64,000 bases of DNA, taken from contig JBHGNT010000008.1 of the NCBI GenBank assembly GCA_043228905.1, forward strand, positions 13,206,001 to 13,270,000. Reading direction: 5' to 3'. Every line of letters begins with the position of its first letter. Position 1 is the first letter of the stretch. The notes beneath the pieces were generated by a model. The model did no database searches. It was not told where the DNA came from and worked only from the letters and a program-made list of their open reading frames with translations. The position numbers and the translations under genes were made by a program. Shown here piece by piece: positions 61,718 to 64,000 of this stretch. Source of the DNA: Azolla caroliniana. Lineage: Eukaryota; Plantae; Polypodiophyta.

Positions 61718-64000
61718 AGATGTCGAGGTATTCCTCGCGGATGGTCTTGTACCGAAGAGCAAGAGACAAAGGAGAAGGGAAGGGACCCACTACGTGTGGG
61801 CGTAGATTCACAGGGACACGGCCCTTCGACACAAAGACGCGAGTGGGACACCGACGCAGAGAGACACGAATGTATGTATATATATATTAACAAGGACAAA
61901 CAACAAGAAGCACGAAGTCGGTTACAACCGAACAGGCCGGCGAACAGATGCCGATGCCTGTTCGTAAACGCTCAGAAAGAAAGGAGTAGGTTGGAGGTGC
62001 TACCGGAAGCACTCGGGCATTCCTCAGAGCAGCGCGAGCCTCCCAAAAACCTGCACAGGAAGAAGCTACGGAGTATGGAAGAGAGAGAAGCCTTCGGCCG
62101 ACAACCCAATAGCACTTCGTCCTCTCTAAACGCGATCCCCTTTCATCCTCCCCGTCTCCCTCCTTTTATAGGCAAGAAAGGAGCCGTTTCCCATTAACTT
62201 CCTACCTACCGAATCTACCTGCCCAGGATCTTCTATGTACCTAATTCTCTCTTATGTACAACATAAGGCGTACATGCATGAAGAGCTGGTTCCTATGCTC
62301 CGGTGCACCGATTCCGCTTGTGGACGGTTTTCTTCACGACAATGTCCTCTGGAAGAAGATTGGCGTCATGTTCAAGAACAAGAACGCAGTAAACAGTGTC
62401 TCAGTCTTTAAAAAGATCATGAGACTTTGGTATCAAGATGGCTCTACCATGGCGGAGCATTTGAATGCCTTCCTGGGATTGATCAATCAGACCACCTCTG
62501 TAGAAGTACCTCTCGCCCAACGAGGTAGTAGCACTGCTATTGAAGGGATCCCTTCTGGATAGTTGGGAGATGCTCGTTGTCACTTTGGGCAACGCCAAAC
62601 CGGAAGGGAAGCATCTATCCCTAGAGCAAGTGAAGTCGATTTTATTGAATAAAGAAGCTCGTCAAAACGACCGAGAGTCCATTACCGACCCGAAGGCCTT
62701 ATTCACTGAAAGTGACATGAACCGAAATCGAAGTCCCTAGAATCAATATAACTTGAGGAAGAGGTCGAAGTCGAGGGGGTGGTCCACGTGCTTTTATTAT
62801 GGGAAGCTGGGGCACTTTCAAAAGAATTTCCGACACTTTCGGAAAGAGAAAGGGGAAGCTGATGGTGTAGAGCCGAAGAAGACTCCGGACAAAAGAAACA
62901 CCTCAACAATCGCAGCGAGGGAAGAGGAGTTGGTGCTCATAAGTGAACAAAATGAAGTAAATTCTTTGGCAAAGAATCGACATGGGTGGTTGATTTAGGT
63001 GCATCATTTCACCTAACCCCTGATCGGAAGTGCTTCTCTTCATACAAGGCCAAAGAGCACGGTCTCGTAAAGATTGGAAATGAAGGAGCATGCCGAATCA
63101 TCGGCATAGGATATGTGTGTTTGATGACATCGACCGGGTGCAAAGTGGTGGTGAAGGATGTTTGACATGTTTCAGAAGTCTGGCTTAATCTAATATCAGT
63201 CGATCAGCTGGATGATGAAGGCTACATAGGTAGCATCTGAAACGGTGTCATGAAGTTCTGCAAGGGTAGCCTGATCATGGCTCGAGCCCGGAAGACCAAC
63301 ACACTATATTTGATGCATGCTTGATTATGCCGAAACAAAGTAAACATGGGAGCCGACACATCCAGTGAGTTGTGGCACAAGAGGCTATGCACATGAGCTA
63401 GAAGGGAATGCTAGTAAAAAAAGAACTCTTGCCAGAGATGAAAATGTGCATTTGGACAAATGTACCAATTGCCTGGCCGACAAACAAAATAGAGCCGCCT
63501 TCGGACCAAGGCCTCTGTTTTGGAGGAAAATCCCTCTGGAACTCGTACACACCGATGGACAAGTATGTAGATGCAAGGTCTCATTCCGATGGACAAGTAC
63601 TTTCAAGGAGTTCCAAGCGAGAGCCAAGAGAGAAACCGACCAAAATTTGATGGCAGTTCGAATGGACAATGTCGGGAATACCAAGGACAATTCGAAGAGT
63701 ATTGTTGCTCCAAGGTATACAACTAGAGTATACAGTGCTGAAGACACCGGAGTTGAATGGGATGGCCAACCAAATGAACTAGACTATCATGGAGAGAGTC
63801 TGATGTATGTTGGCACATGCAAAATTGCCGAAGCTTTACTAGGTCGAGGCATTGACGACAGTTGTTTATGTGATAAGTAGGTCTCCCTTTGTCCCACTGG
63901 AAGGTGACCACAAAGGGTATGGTCTTGCAAAGAAGTGTCATATTGACATCTAAGAGAGTTCGGCTGCCTGGCCTGTGTGCATATTGCTAAGAACCAGAGT

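Larger units (their letters stand above)
55348..62341 (-). mobile_element. Full-length non-chromovirus Ty3/Gypsy with tRNA-Trp PBS and 4-bp TSD
   Basis: LTRs at 55348-55993 and 61721-62341 differ by a 25-bp indel and a few substitutions. TSD ACGT/ATGT. PPT at 55994-56005. Domain order is Gag-CCHC-PR, then RT(FLDD)-RH-IN(GPY). Confidence 0.95.
54546..64000 (+). mobile_element. Degenerate Tork-like Copia interrupted by a Ty3/Gypsy and running off the window
   Basis: 5' LTR 54546-55113 and PBS TGGTATCAGAG at 55116-55126. gag starts at 55129 and resumes at 62346. PR and IN remnants continue to 64000. Confidence 0.88.

Overview
Eukaryotic land-plant nuclear DNA. A non-seed plant such as a fern is inferred from the element types, not proven. 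The first ~3.2 kb holds the 3' exons of a conserved plant gene; the rest is mostly nested transposons: several Ty1/Copia elements (two with intact ORFs and near-identical LTRs), a full-length Ty3/Gypsy, a chromovirus remnant, an L1 LINE, an RTE fragment and two MITEs. Two results stand out. (1) Removing a Copia and a solo LTR and splicing four introns from ~34870-43435 rebuilds a decayed gene for a ParB/Srx-like domain fused to a prokaryote-type beta-class N6-adenine/N4-cytosine DNA methyltransferase. (2) Three independent LTR insertions all sit at ACGT with 4-bp target duplications, suggesting sequence-specific integration. All coordinates and alignments were read by eye; no database search was run.
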